Shown piece by piece: positions 41,583-52,078 of a DNA stretch of 64,000 bases. The notes under the pieces were generated by a model. That model ran no database searches, was not told the DNA's origin, and worked only from the letters and a program-made list of their open reading frames with translations. Every line of letters begins with the position of its first letter. Positions within the stretch are counted from its first letter, which is position 1. The stretch covers positions 64,225 to 128,224 of the forward strand of contig CAKVGZ010000003.1 of the NCBI GenBank assembly GCA_934747765.1, given 5' to 3'. Source of the DNA: an uncultured Clostridia bacterium. Lineage in GTDB: Bacteria; Bacillota; Clostridia; Christensenellales; UBA1242. The translations under genes and the position numbers were made by a program.

Positions 41583-42403
41583 ATTGGTTCCCTGGGCACA
41601 TGCAAAAAGCGCTTAGGATGATGCAAGAAGAGGTCAAAAATGTTGATGCTTTGATTTATGTCCTTGATGGACGAGCACCTGTTGCTTGTTTGAATCCTGA
41701 GTTTGTTTCCCTTGCCAAAGAAAAACCAATTTTGTTTGTCATTAACAAAATTGACCTTGCCGATGAAAAGAAAATTGAAAAAATCAAACAAATGTTGAAG
41801 GGTGAAAACAATGCAATTTTGGAACTTAACAGCACAGCTTCTGGAGCAATAAAATCTGTTGAAAACGCCTTGAACACTTTATGTAAAAAAATTATTGAAA
41901 AGTTCAAAAACAAAGGTGTGAACTATTTTGTTAGAGCAATGGTGGTGGGCGTTCCAAACTCTGGCAAATCAACATTGGTCAACAATCTTTGCGGAAACGC
42001 AAGGGCAATCACTGGTGACAAACCAGGGGTCACAAAAGGAAAACAATGGGTCAAACTTTCAAACAACATTGAAATTTTGGACACACCAGGAACTTTGTGG
42101 CCAAATTTGATTGATGAACAAAATGCAAGGAAACTTGCTTTCATTGGTTCAATTAAAGATGAAATAATTTCTTCTGAAGAACTGTCGCTCTTTTTGATAG
42201 AAGAACTATGCGAAAACTATCCAAAAGAATTTTGCAACAGATTTGGTGTTGAAATTGAAAATTTGTCGCCAGTTGAAATTTTGGAAGCTGTTGCAGTTTC
42301 TCGAAAATATTTGATTAAAGGTGGAGAAATTGATTATGAAAGAACTGCAAAAGCAATTATTGATGATTTTAGAAAAGGAAGAATTGGGAGAATAACACTT
42401 TGA
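41570..42403 (+). CDS. rbgA: ribosome biogenesis GTPase A (YlqF/RbgA, circularly permuted GTPase)
   Basis: G4 precedes G1 (NKIDL ... [12 protein letters not shown] ... DTPG). Confidence 0.85.
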   Translation: MQKINWFPGHMQKALRMMQEEVKNVDALIYVLDGRAPVACLNPEFVSLAKEKPILFVINKIDLADEKKIEKIKQMLKGENNAILELNSTASGAIKSVENALNTLCKKIIEKFKNKGVNYFVRAMVVGVPNSGKSTLVNNLCGNARAITGDKPGVTKGKQWVKLSNNIEILDTPGTLWPNLIDEQNARKLAFIGSIKDEIISSEELSLFLIEELCENYPKEFCNRFGVEIENLSPVEILEAVAVSRKYLIKGGEIDYERTAKAIIDDFRKGRIGRITL

Positions 42404-42738
42404 ACAGCAAAATTTTGGGTGACGTGGGAGAGTCAAAAGTTTTTGTTTATCTGAGGGAACACGGATACATTCTTGTTGAAAAAAATTATGTGTGTCCTAT
42501 TGGTGAAATAGACATCATTGCAAAACATGACGGAATGATTGTGTTTGTTGAAGTTAAAACTCGAAGTTCAAAAAAATTTGGACTTCCTCGTGAAGCAGTT
42601 GGCTTTCGAAAACAACAAAAATTGAGAAATTTGGCAATGTATTATTTGAAAGCAACAAAGAATTTCAACACACAATGTCGTTTTGATGTTGCAGAAGTTT
42701 TGGGTGATGAAATAACTTTGATTCAAAATGCGTTCTAA
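42400..42738 (+). CDS. yraN: YraN-family (UPF0102) endonuclease
   Basis: GE..IDII...VFVEVKTR motif. 112 aa. Confidence 0.75.
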   Translation: MNSKILGDVGESKVFVYLREHGYILVEKNYVCPIGEIDIIAKHDGMIVFVEVKTRSSKKFGLPREAVGFRKQQKLRNLAMYYLKATKNFNTQCRFDVAEVLGDEITLIQNAF

Positions 42739-43763
42739 AGAAAAAGAAGCGAAAGCAAAAGGCAAATCACAAATGTTATGATTGCGTGAGTGGTTTTTTG
42801 AAGAAAGAAAAGTTTTTTTGAAATTTTAAATTCGTTCAGGAATGCAAATGCTTGAAAGGAGATTGCAAGTCCTCCAAAAGATATGAGAAGAGCGCATACT
42901 GAGGTTTTTATTGCAAGGTTGGCTGTTGAAGCAGACACAAGCAAACAACCTTTTGTCATTTCAAACATTCCTGTTATGATTCCGTTTGAAAGAGAGGCTT
43001 CAATGCCAATTTTGCCAAGCAAATTTGTGAAAGGAACGAATGCACCAAGTGAAGAAAGAACTTCTGTTATTATGAAAAATATAACAATATATCCTCCAAC
43101 AAGAAGAGAAGATGTGACTGCTGACATCATGGTTTCGGTCAAAACGTCTTCACTTTTTTTGTTTTGAAAAACTTTTTTGTTTGGAAGTTCAAAAGTTGTG
43201 TATTTTCGATATATAAGTCCATTCAAAAGGGCGGAGAGTATGTGAGAAATCAAAATGATATATCCCGCAAGCGGACAAACCAACATTCCAACTCCAACTG
43301 TTCCAACAATGAACATAGGACCTGAATTTGAAGTGAAACAACAAATTCTGTGCGCCTCGGCACGAGTGATTTTGTTTTGGCTGTAGAGGTCTGCGGTCAG
43401 TTTTGCTCCAAGTGGATATCCAGACAAGATGCTCATAAGGAAAACATAAGAAGAAATTGCAGGGGAGTTATATAATTTTTTTGTTATTGGAGAAAATAGT
43501 CGTGAACTTTTTTCAACATAGCCAGTGGCAGTCAAAAGCCTTGTGAAAATCATGAAAGGAAAAAGGGCAGGCAAAACGTTTGTTGCCCAAACAAGAATTG
43601 CATTCAATGCAACAGAAATGTATTTGTCTGGCGAAACAACAATCGACACAATTATCACAACAAGAAAAATTGCAAGAAACAAATTTGCCTTTTTAAAAGG
43701 ATTAATTTTTGCAAAAAAAGTGTTTAATTTGCTATTTACGTTTGACAAAAATTTTCTATTCAT
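42735..43763 (-). CDS. nucleoside-recognition (Gate) domain membrane protein, YlbJ-like
   Basis: 342 aa polytopic protein with two Gate-like halves. Confidence 0.4.
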   Translation of the reverse strand: MNRKFLSNVNSKLNTFFAKINPFKKANLFLAIFLVVIIVSIVVSPDKYISVALNAILVWATNVLPALFPFMIFTRLLTATGYVEKSSRLFSPITKKLYNSPAISSYVFLMSILSGYPLGAKLTADLYSQNKITRAEAHRICCFTSNSGPMFIVGTVGVGMLVCPLAGYIILISHILSALLNGLIYRKYTTFELPNKKVFQNKKSEDVLTETMMSAVTSSLLVGGYIVIFFIITEVLSSLGAFVPFTNLLGKIGIEASLSNGIITGMFEMTKGCLLVSASTANLAIKTSVCALLISFGGLAISFQAFAFLNEFKISKKLFFLQKTTHAIITFVICLLLSLLFL

Positions 43764-43816
43764 TTAAAATATTTTTACGTTGAAACACAAGTTTGTATGA
43801 AACATTGGAGAAAAAT

Positions 43817-44794
43817 ATGTTTAGTGAAAAAAAATTGATAAAACTTGCAAAACAAAAACAAAAAACAATTGTGCTCCCTGAAGCGGGCTACAGTGACCGC
43901 ATTGTTGAGGCGGGATATATTTTGAATAAAAAGAAAATTGCCAAAGTTGTTCTTTTGGGTGATGAAAGTTCACTTGTTCTAAGATACAAAGATAAACTTA
44001 AGGGTCTGACAATTATCAATCCAAAAACATCGGCACTGTTTGACGAACTTTTGAAAATTCTTTTGGAGAAACGAAAAAACAAGGGTCTTGACCAAAAGCA
44101 AGCAGAAAAATTGCTTCTAAATCCTCTGTATTTTGGAACTCTTCTTGTTGAAGCTGGATATGCCGATGGAATGGTTGCTGGCGCAGAAGAACCAAGTTCA
44201 AATGTTATTCGTCCTGCACTTCAGATACTAAAATCTAAAGACGAAAAAGAAATTGTGTCTTCTTTCATGATTTTTTATGGAAAAGGAAAAATATTCAAAA
44301 AACGAAAAGTAATTTTTGGGTCGGATTGCGGGCTTAATGTCAGTCCATCTGCGGAAGAACTTTCTCAAATCGCAACTCAAACAGCAAAAAGTTTTGAACT
44401 TTTGACAAAAGAAAAAGCCAAAATTGCAATGCTATCCTATTCAACAAATGGCTCGGCAACTGGCGAAAGTGTTGACAAAGTTAAAACTGCAACAGCGCTA
44501 GTTAACCGCAAAAAATTTGAAGTGTTTGGCGAAATTCAGCTTGACAGTGCAATTTCAAAACACGTTTGTAAGCTCAAATGTCCGTCGTGCAATCTTGATG
44601 GAAACGCAAATGTGCTTGTTTTTCCAGACCTTAATTCAGGAAACATAAGTTATAAAGCAATTCAATATTTTGGAAATTGCAGAGCAATTGGACCTATTAT
44701 GCAAAATTTGAAAAAACCAGTTAATGATTTATCTAGAGGATGTTCGGTGCATGACATTGTTGTTGTTTCAGCAATAACTGCACTCCAAGCGTAA
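43817..44794 (+). CDS. pta: phosphate acetyltransferase
   Basis: Near-colinear with short Pta (ALQILKSK, GPIMQNLKKPVNDLSRGCS). Start chosen at 43817 for its GGAGAA RBS; the track begins at 43793. Confidence 0.8.
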   Translation: MFSEKKLIKLAKQKQKTIVLPEAGYSDRIVEAGYILNKKKIAKVVLLGDESSLVLRYKDKLKGLTIINPKTSALFDELLKILLEKRKNKGLDQKQAEKLLLNPLYFGTLLVEAGYADGMVAGAEEPSSNVIRPALQILKSKDEKEIVSSFMIFYGKGKIFKKRKVIFGSDCGLNVSPSAEELSQIATQTAKSFELLTKEKAKIAMLSYSTNGSATGESVDKVKTATALVNRKKFEVFGEIQLDSAISKHVCKLKCPSCNLDGNANVLVFPDLNSGNISYKAIQYFGNCRAIGPIMQNLKKPVNDLSRGCSVHDIVVVSAITALQA

Positions 44795-44800
44795 AAGTTT

Positions 44801-45856
44801 ATGTACTATGAAAGAATGAAAGAAAAATATGAAAAACTGCGAACAAAAGTAACTGTCCGCATTCTTTCCATAGAATCTTCTTGTGACGAAACAAGCATTG
44901 CCATCATCGAAAATGGAAGAAAAATTCTTTCGAACATTGTTGCATCACAAATTGAAATTCACAAACGATTTGGCGGAGTGGTTCCAGAAATTGCATCCAG
45001 GAATCACATTCTTGCAATTTCGTCGCTCTACAAACAAGCACTTGAACAAGCAAACATTTCTCAAGAAGAAATTGACGCTGTTGCTGTGACCTATGGCGCT
45101 GGTTTGGTGGGAGCGCTGTTGGTTGGGGTCAATTTTGCAAAATCGTTGGCATTTGCACTTGACGTTCCTTTAATTGCTGTCAGTCACATAAAAGGTCACA
45201 TTGCAGCAAATTATTTGACTTCGCAAACGTTAGTTCCTCCTTTTGTTTGTTTGATGGTTAGCGGGGGGCACACGGCAATTTTGAACGTCACAGATTATAA
45301 CTCGCATGAACTGATTGGCTCAACTGTTGACGATGCAGTTGGCGAAGCATTTGACAAAGTTGCAAGAGTTCTTGGGCTTTCGTATCCGGGCGGACCTAAT
45401 GTTGACAAATTTGCCAAAGAGGGCAAAGCATCAATCAAGTTTGTTTCTCACAGTCCAATGCAAGGAACATTAAATTTCAGTTTCAGTGGTCTAAAAACAG
45501 CAGTTATCAATTATGTTCACAAACTTTCACAAAATGGCGAAACAGTTTCAATCCCAGATGTTTGTGCAAGTTTCCAAGACGAAGCAACAAACGAACTTGT
45601 TTCAAAAACAATTGACGCTTGCAAAAATCTTTCAGCAAAAAAACTTGTGGTGGCTGGCGGAGTGTCGGCAAACTCAGAATTGAAACGAAAATTTGAACTT
45701 GAAACAAAAAAACTCGGAATTGAACTTTACATGCCTGGGCTTGAACTTTGCACCGACAATGGTGCAATGATTGGAAGCGCAGGATACTTTTTGATGAAAG
45801 ACGGAATGGGGCTTTCAGACCTGTCGCTAACTGCTAAAGCAACAGTTGCGTTATAA
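44801..45856 (+). CDS. tsaD: tRNA N6-adenosine threonylcarbamoyltransferase TsaD
   Basis: ILSIESSCDETS, FGGVVPEIASRNH and the ASKH fold. The exact start is uncertain. Confidence 0.9.
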   Translation: MYYERMKEKYEKLRTKVTVRILSIESSCDETSIAIIENGRKILSNIVASQIEIHKRFGGVVPEIASRNHILAISSLYKQALEQANISQEEIDAVAVTYGAGLVGALLVGVNFAKSLAFALDVPLIAVSHIKGHIAANYLTSQTLVPPFVCLMVSGGHTAILNVTDYNSHELIGSTVDDAVGEAFDKVARVLGLSYPGGPNVDKFAKEGKASIKFVSHSPMQGTLNFSFSGLKTAVINYVHKLSQNGETVSIPDVCASFQDEATNELVSKTIDACKNLSAKKLVVAGGVSANSELKRKFELETKKLGIELYMPGLELCTDNGAMIGSAGYFLMKDGMGLSDLSLTAKATVAL

Positions 45857-45884
45857 AAATTTGATTATTTGAGAAGATATAAAT

Positions 45885-46454
45885 ATGGAAAGTTTATATC
45901 TTCTTTTTCTTGCTGTGCCAATATTGATTGTTGTTTTTCCGCTTCCAATCAACATCAAATTTTATGTTGATATGACAAAAAATCAGGGCGCTTTTTCAAT
46001 TTATATTTGGAAAATAAAAATTATTGTTGCCAAGGCTGAAATAAAAGGAAAAGACATTCTTTTGAAAACAAAACGACGCAACACCGAAGTTGACGTTGAA
46101 ATTGGCGAGGAACAACTGCGTTTTTTGAACTTTTTCAAAGATGAAGTTGCAAACAAAGTCAAAATTCGTGAAATGAATGTGTATTCTGTGTTGGGACTGA
46201 GCGACCCTTTTAAGTCGTCACTTTTTTCCGCTTTTGTTTCGAATTTAATTCTGATTCTACTAACAAAATTGAAAATGTGGCAACCAACAGCAAGTTTCAA
46301 TTTGAACAATAAAACCGATTTTTATGAAACGCATTTTTCTTTTGCACTGAGTGGCAAAGTTGCGCTTTCTGTGTTTGATATTCTTTACAGTTTCATAATT
46401 TCAATTTTAAGGTCAAAACAAGACCGTATTTTTCAAGAAATGTTGGAAAACTGA
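45885..46454 (+). CDS. ytfI: YtfI-like (DUF2953) sporulation-associated membrane protein
   Basis: N-terminal TM helix, hydrophobic blocks, and position immediately upstream of a ytfJ homolog. Confidence 0.45.
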   Translation: MESLYLLFLAVPILIVVFPLPINIKFYVDMTKNQGAFSIYIWKIKIIVAKAEIKGKDILLKTKRRNTEVDVEIGEEQLRFLNFFKDEVANKVKIREMNVYSVLGLSDPFKSSLFSAFVSNLILILLTKLKMWQPTASFNLNNKTDFYETHFSFALSGKVALSVFDILYSFIISILRSKQDRIFQEMLEN

Positions 46455-46499
46455 TAATAAAAATTTTTAAGTCGCGCAAAATATTTTTCGAGGTGAAAA

Positions 46500-46901
46500 A
46501 TGAAAATCTATGAAAGAACGAGTACTTTGGATAATTTAATTGAAAAAACACTTTCTTCTCTTCAATCAATTTCCACAACTAAAACAATTTTTGGTGAACC
46601 AACAATTCTTCCAGATGGCACTTCGATTGTTCCTGTTTCAAAAGTTACAATCGGTTTTGTTGTTGGTGGTGGCGAATATTCTGACCTTTCAACAAGACGC
46701 GTTGCAACTCACTATCCAATGGCTGGCGGAAGCGGTGGAGGAGTTATGTTGACCCCAATTGGATTTCTGGTGACTTCAGGTGGTGAAGTTAAATATGTTT
46801 CAACAATGGCAGAACAAAATTTCCAAAAAATTATGGAAATGCTTGCAAAAGCATCTCAAAAAATTGCAAAAACAATGTCTAAGAAAGGAGAAGAAAAATG
46901 A
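46500..46901 (+). CDS. ytfJ: sporulation protein YtfJ (GerW family)
   Basis: GEP...PDGTSIVPVSKV..GF..GGGEY...GGSGGGV.LTPIGFLV matches the GerW/YtfJ signature. Confidence 0.7.
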   Translation: MKIYERTSTLDNLIEKTLSSLQSISTTKTIFGEPTILPDGTSIVPVSKVTIGFVVGGGEYSDLSTRRVATHYPMAGGSGGGVMLTPIGFLVTSGGEVKYVSTMAEQNFQKIMEMLAKASQKIAKTMSKKGEEK

Positions 46902-48088
46902 AATCGAAAAAAAATATAAAATCGATTGCTTTTGTTTTGCTGGCTCTTATGTTGGGCATAAGTTTCGTTATTGGCGCAGTTGTTTCGTCAAGGTTTGGAA
47001 GTTTGAAAGCGGAAACTTCCGATTTTGATGCAAAAGACGAAACGTCAACTTATGCAAAGGCAATGGCAGTTATTGAGGCAGACAGCGGAAGACTTTTATA
47101 TCAAAAAAATTGCAATGAGCAATTGGCAATGGCTTCAACAACAAAAATTATGACCGCACTTGTTGCAGTTAACAGTGGATTGGATTTTGATGAAGTTTTC
47201 AAGGTTGACCCCAAAAGTGTTGGAATTGAAGGAACAAGTTTGTATCTTCGAAAAAATGAAGAAAAGACACTTAAAGAACTTTTATATGGACTCATGCTTC
47301 CATCTGGGAATGATGCTGCCGTGGCAATTGCTTGCAGAGTTGCAGGAAGCGAAGAAGAGTTTGTTAAACTCATGAACAAACAAGCAAAAGACCTTGGACT
47401 GAAAAACACAAGTTTTGCAAATCCACATGGACTTGATGCCGAAAATCATTACACAAGCGCCTATGACCTTGCAATTATTACAGCAGAGGCCATGAAAAAC
47501 GATTTATTTCGCGAGATTGTTTCCACCAAAAATGTTCGTGTTAGCGGAAATGATGAAATTCAAGCAAAATTGCTAAAAAACAAAAATAAATTGCTTTGGA
47601 ATTTGGATGGGTGTGAGGGGGTTAAAACCGGATTCACCGACAATGCAAAAAGATGCTTTGTTTCTTCAACAAAACGAGATAATATGCGTGTTATTTGTGT
47701 TGTTTTAAATTGTGGACCTATGTTTGAAGAAGCTGCAAGACTTACAAATATGGCTTTCGAAAATTACAAAAATTATAATCTTCTTGGCTCTTACACGCCG
47801 TCAAACGATGTTAAAGTTGAAAAAGGCGTGAAAGATAGTGTTGAAACTTTTTCGATTCGTCATTTTTCCTTTCCATTAACTTATGAAGAATATAACAAAG
47901 TTGAATATAAACTTGATTTGCCTTCGTCAATTGAGGCGCCTGTTGAAAAGGAGCAAAAACTGGGAAAAATTGAAATTTCTTTGGACGGAAAAGTGTTGTT
48001 CACAGAAGATGTCTACGCAACAGAAGAAGTTAAATCAACGAAATTTTTCGACAAAATTGAACAAATTGTGGACTATTGGAATCTTTAA
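46898..48088 (+). CDS. D-alanyl-D-alanine carboxypeptidase (PBP5 family; DacB/DacF-like)
   Basis: Signal/TM, SxxK (ASTTK), SGN (LPSGND), KTG (VKTGFT) and the C-terminal PBP5 domain. Confidence 0.85.
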   Translation: MKSKKNIKSIAFVLLALMLGISFVIGAVVSSRFGSLKAETSDFDAKDETSTYAKAMAVIEADSGRLLYQKNCNEQLAMASTTKIMTALVAVNSGLDFDEVFKVDPKSVGIEGTSLYLRKNEEKTLKELLYGLMLPSGNDAAVAIACRVAGSEEEFVKLMNKQAKDLGLKNTSFANPHGLDAENHYTSAYDLAIITAEAMKNDLFREIVSTKNVRVSGNDEIQAKLLKNKNKLLWNLDGCEGVKTGFTDNAKRCFVSSTKRDNMRVICVVLNCGPMFEEAARLTNMAFENYKNYNLLGSYTPSNDVKVEKGVKDSVETFSIRHFSFPLTYEEYNKVEYKLDLPSSIEAPVEKEQKLGKIEISLDGKVLFTEDVYATEEVKSTKFFDKIEQIVDYWNL

Positions 48089-48172
48089 AAATAACAGCGT
48101 GTATCGCTGTTTTTTTTAACATCCTATCAATTTTTGCATATTATGAATTAGATTTTGCATTTTGGAGCACAT

Positions 48173-48937
48173 ATGTCAAAAATTATCAATCAATCACAAG
48201 TCAGTTCAAAATACACTTTGCCCGATTCAACATCAAAGACCTATCAAGTTATGAGCAATGTGTCGGAAACAGAATACATGACAGATTCTTTTCTAAAAGT
48301 CAGGTCTTCATCAAAATTATATGTCATTCCAAGTGAAGAAATTGAACAAACTTTGATGCTAACAAACAACAGCGAAGCTGAAATTGAAAACGTTGTGATA
48401 AGGGACACAATTGGAGAAGGAGCAAATTTTAAAGCAGGCAGTTTGACAATCAATGGTCAGCCCTATGTCAATTTGGAACCGAACCAATTCACTCTTCCAA
48501 CCTCAATTATGCCACAAGATGCTGTCACAGTTAAATATGTCATTGTGATTGACGACGCTCCAACAGTGACAAAATTCGCCACCATATCGAACATAAATTA
48601 CACTGTTGATGAAGTTGACAATTTGAATGAAAATTCTAATAGTGTGGAAATAAATATTTCAAACAACGTGATAACAATTGACAAAACTTCCGACAAATCT
48701 GCAGTTGTGTCTGGGCAAATTTTAACTTTCCAAAATGTCATCACAAACAAAGGCGCTCTAAAAAACACCGAAATCACTTTCAAAGATGAGTTGCCAGATG
48801 GAACAAATTTTGTGGAAGGAAGCGTTGAAATTGATGGTGTTTCTCAGCCAACTTTTGATCCAGTTGCTGGATTCATGATAAAAGATTTGAATGTCGGAGA
48901 TGAGGTAACAGTGTCATTCAAAGTCATGGTGGACTAA
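48173..48937 (+). CDS. DUF11 (conserved repeat domain) protein, two repeats
   Basis: DKTSDKSAVVSGQILTFQNVITNKGALKNTEITFKDELPDGTNFVEGS fits the DUF11 pattern. The track ORF begins at 48155. Confidence 0.5.
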   Translation: MSKIINQSQVSSKYTLPDSTSKTYQVMSNVSETEYMTDSFLKVRSSSKLYVIPSEEIEQTLMLTNNSEAEIENVVIRDTIGEGANFKAGSLTINGQPYVNLEPNQFTLPTSIMPQDAVTVKYVIVIDDAPTVTKFATISNINYTVDEVDNLNENSNSVEINISNNVITIDKTSDKSAVVSGQILTFQNVITNKGALKNTEITFKDELPDGTNFVEGSVEIDGVSQPTFDPVAGFMIKDLNVGDEVTVSFKVMVD

Positions 48938-49167
48938 TGAAAAAGCAACTAATTTTTAAGTCTAAAATAATTACCAAGGCTAACGGAGTTGAATATGAGT
49001 TTGTTAGCAACGAACTTATCATTACAGTTGAACCTGCAATCCCTCAGAGCTCTGAAATTATAAATGTCTACACCTTTGACAAATATAAAAGACTTTGCTT
49101 AAACGGGTGTTGCTCAAAATATCCAAAAAATATAAATACAAAATGCAAAAGGTTCAGAGATGTCTGA
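48937..49167 (+). CDS. small hypothetical protein
   Basis: 76 aa, coupled to the upstream gene. A terminator follows. Confidence 0.3.
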   Translation: MKKQLIFKSKIITKANGVEYEFVSNELIITVEPAIPQSSEIINVYTFDKYKRLCLNGCCSKYPKNINTKCKRFRDV

Positions 49168-49176
49168 ACCTTTTTT
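49151..49176. terminator. bidirectional intrinsic terminator between convergent genes
   Basis: Hairpin GGTTCAGA-gatg-TCTGAACC followed by TTTTTT. Confidence 0.6.
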
Positions 49177-49379
49177 CACCAATCTTGCTTCTTGTTTGTA
49201 TGCGATTTTATGTCGTCATAAAAATCAAAATATTTTTCTTTGAATTCTTTTGTTTTGCGACTATCTTTGTTCATTTCATAAAATTCCTGAGGAGTGTAGT
49301 CGCTGAAACTGAAATCTTCATCAAAATTTTCTATATATCGAAGAGCATTTGCCTTTGAAAACTTACATTTTTCATCCAT
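49176..49379 (-). CDS. small acidic hypothetical protein
   Basis: 67 aa. Confidence 0.3.
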   Translation of the reverse strand: MDEKCKFSKANALRYIENFDEDFSFSDYTPQEFYEMNKDSRKTKEFKEKYFDFYDDIKSHTNKKQDW

Positions 49380-49453
49380 AAAATTATTATATCATAAATT
49401 TCATTATATTAAAAATGTTTTGAAAAAGTTATTTTTTGTTATAAAATACAAAT

Positions 49454-49756
49454 ATGGACTACAAAGATATTATTTACAGAATTGGTTATTTTAGAAACAA
49501 AAAACGCATTTCCGCATACGAATTAGGGCAAAGATTGGGGCATGCCAAAACATATTTCTATCGAATTGAGAGTGGCGAAATTATGTTGGACATGGAAACT
49601 TTTTTGGATATTTTAACCATCTTAGAAGTTCCAGTTGAAGAGTTCTTTTATCCAAATTTGAACGAATTTAAGGATGACAAAGAAAGACTTTCATTTGTTA
49701 AATCGTTAAATAAAGAAGAAATTGAAGTGTTATCAAAATTGTTAAGAAGAAATTAA
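49454..49756 (+). CDS. XRE-family HTH transcriptional regulator
   Basis: ISAYELGQRLGHAKTYFYRIESGE helix-turn-helix. Confidence 0.65.
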   Translation: MDYKDIIYRIGYFRNKKRISAYELGQRLGHAKTYFYRIESGEIMLDMETFLDILTILEVPVEEFFYPNLNEFKDDKERLSFVKSLNKEEIEVLSKLLRRN

Positions 49757-49771
49757 TGTTAATTTCTTTTT

Positions 49772-50275
49772 TTAATTTGTTTCAATTGATTTAATTAATT
49801 TTTTTAGTATTAATCTATGAGTTTCCTCATCGGACAAAATTGCCGAAAGAAGCATTTTTATCTGTTGATTTTCAACTTTCGAAATGGCAAGTTTATAGTC
49901 AATTATTGCTTTTTCTTTTGCTTCCAAGTTTGCGTGAAGAATTTGTTTGATGTCTTTTATATAATCAATTTGCCTGCCGCCAACCCATTTTCCTTGCGTT
50001 GTTGCATAAATTGGATTTCCATAGGTCATCTCAATGGCGTTTGACAAAAGTTGTTGATGTTTTAAATCGGTCAAAGAGATTTCAGTCAAAATTTCTGAGA
50101 TTTTTGGATTGTAATTTTTAAGAATATTTGAATGATATTGAAGTTGCATAAACAAAACAACTTCACCTTCGGACCCAGCAAAAAGATTTTGCAAAATTCC
50201 ACTATAATACGAATTTCTGCAAAAATTTTTTATTTCAGGATATTCTCTGTTCAAGATATCTTTATAATCTTCCAA
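49772..50275 (-). CDS. ferritin-like / Mn-catalase-like (CotJC-like) four-helix bundle protein
   Basis: Paired E..H motifs (SEGEVV...QYH, EAKEK...DEETH). 167 aa. Confidence 0.35.
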   Translation of the reverse strand: MEDYKDILNREYPEIKNFCRNSYYSGILQNLFAGSEGEVVLFMQLQYHSNILKNYNPKISEILTEISLTDLKHQQLLSNAIEMTYGNPIYATTQGKWVGGRQIDYIKDIKQILHANLEAKEKAIIDYKLAISKVENQQIKMLLSAILSDEETHRLILKKLIKSIETN

Positions 50276-50338
50276 ATTTGCCTCTGGGTTTATATATGAA
50301 AGACAAAAATAAAGTGTTAAAAAAAAGGCTTTCGCCTT

Positions 50339-51142
50339 TTATGAATACATTTTTGAAACAATCCATTCAACAAATCTGTTTGGAAGAAGTTTTGCAATGA
50401 AAAGCAAAAATTTGTAGGGAACACCAATTGTTTTTGTGAGTGGGGGACGTTTTTTGTTTGCAACTTTGAAAATAACATTTGCAACGTAACTGCTTGACAT
50501 TCCGTTTTGTTCATCTTTTTCCATTTTTTCGATGGATGAAACGTATCTTTTTTGATAAACTCCATCATCTTGTTTAACACGATTTGCTGTGAAAGATGTT
50601 TTTGTGTCGCCAGGAGAAACGTTTGTTATCTTAACCCCAAAAGGCTTTGTTTCTGCACGCATAACAGCCGAAATTGCATCGATTGATGCTTTTGTTGCCG
50701 AGTAAAAACCTTGGAATGGAATGAAAAACTTGCTTGCAACTGACGAAACGTTAATGATTCGACCTTTTGATTGTCTTAAATATGGCAAAGCAGATTTGCA
50801 CATAAAAAATGTTCCAAAAAAGTTAATGTCATAAATCTTTCTTGCATCTTCTTCGCTTGTGTTTTCAATTGAACCTGAAATTCCCATTCCAGCATTGTTT
50901 ATGACCAAATCAATCCTTTTTTCTTTTTCAACAATTTGACTGATTGCATTTTTGCAATCTTCAAGTTTTGAAACATCGCAAATTATGTGATTTAATCCGT
51001 CAAGAGCAAATTCATGGCGACTTGCTCCATAAACAATGTCACCTTTTTTTATAAATTTCTTTGCAAGTTCCAATCCAATTCCCGATGAAACGCCCGTTAT
51101 CAAAACAACTCGTTTTTTCATGTTTCTCCTTAATTTAGCCAT
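50339..51142 (-). CDS. SDR-family oxidoreductase
   Basis: TGVSSGIG Rossmann motif and the YSATKAS catalytic motif. Confidence 0.75.
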   Translation of the reverse strand: MAKLRRNMKKRVVLITGVSSGIGLELAKKFIKKGDIVYGASRHEFALDGLNHIICDVSKLEDCKNAISQIVEKEKRIDLVINNAGMGISGSIENTSEEDARKIYDINFFGTFFMCKSALPYLRQSKGRIINVSSVASKFFIPFQGFYSATKASIDAISAVMRAETKPFGVKITNVSPGDTKTSFTANRVKQDDGVYQKRYVSSIEKMEKDEQNGMSSSYVANVIFKVANKKRPPLTKTIGVPYKFLLFIAKLLPNRFVEWIVSKMYS

Positions 51143-51978
51143 GTTGGTTTAATTTCAAAGTTTAAATTGTTTAAGTATTTCAAATCTTTGTCTTTGAAAT
51201 TAAAAACCAATTTAAAAGCCGTCAATTTTTGTGTTTTCGATTTGAATTTTCTGTTGTCTGTGTTTTTCCCATATTTTCCATCACCAACAATTGGATATCC
51301 AATGTGAGCGAGTTGAGCACGAATTTGGTGAGTTTTTCCATTGTGGATTTCGGCAATCAAAACAGAAGTTCCGCCAGACGAACGACTCACAACGCTTAAG
51401 TTGGTTTCAATTTTCACGCTGTCTTTTCTTGGGCTGTCAAAAATTTTAACTGCACTTTTTTCCTCGTCTTTTTGCAGAAATGAAACAACATTTTTATTTT
51501 CAAAGTTTGGTGTTCCAACAACTTCGAGAAGATAATATTTTTCAATTTCACCGTTTTTCATTGCTTTTTTCAGTTTTTCAAAAAAATCTTTTGTTTTTCC
51601 AAAAATAACAAGACCTTCGGTGTTTCTGTCAAGACGATTTAGAGGAAAAACTTTTTTCTCTTTCAAAAGAATTTTTTCAATTGAATTTTCAACTGGGGAA
51701 GTGACTTCAATTCCTTTTTGTTTGTTGATAATCAATATGTTTTCATCTTCATAAACAATTTCGAAAAATTTCTTTTCATTCATCAAAAATTCTTCTGGCA
51801 TAAACACAGTTATTTTTTGCCCAGGATAAACAACTATGTTTTCGTTTATCTTAACATTATCAACGCGGATGTCTTTTTTTCTCAAAAGTTTGTTTGCGTT
51901 TGAATAACTTATTTCATTCTTAGACACAATGTTCAACACTTTGTCTTGTTTTTGGCATGTAAATTCTTTTTTTATCAT
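51130..51978 (-). CDS. RluA-family pseudouridine synthase (RluD-like) with an S4 domain
   Basis: LNRLDRNTEGL and HQIRAQLAHIGYPIVGDGKYG. Confidence 0.8.
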   Translation of the reverse strand: MIKKEFTCQKQDKVLNIVSKNEISYSNANKLLRKKDIRVDNVKINENIVVYPGQKITVFMPEEFLMNEKKFFEIVYEDENILIINKQKGIEVTSPVENSIEKILLKEKKVFPLNRLDRNTEGLVIFGKTKDFFEKLKKAMKNGEIEKYYLLEVVGTPNFENKNVVSFLQKDEEKSAVKIFDSPRKDSVKIETNLSVVSRSSGGTSVLIAEIHNGKTHQIRAQLAHIGYPIVGDGKYGKNTDNRKFKSKTQKLTAFKLVFNFKDKDLKYLNNLNFEIKPTWLN

Positions 51979-52078
51979 AAATAGAATTTTACTTTAAAAA
52001 AATCAAAAAGTAAAATGTTTTTGTTAAATAAATTTTTTATTTGAATTTTAACTTGATTTGTGATAAAATATTTTCGCT

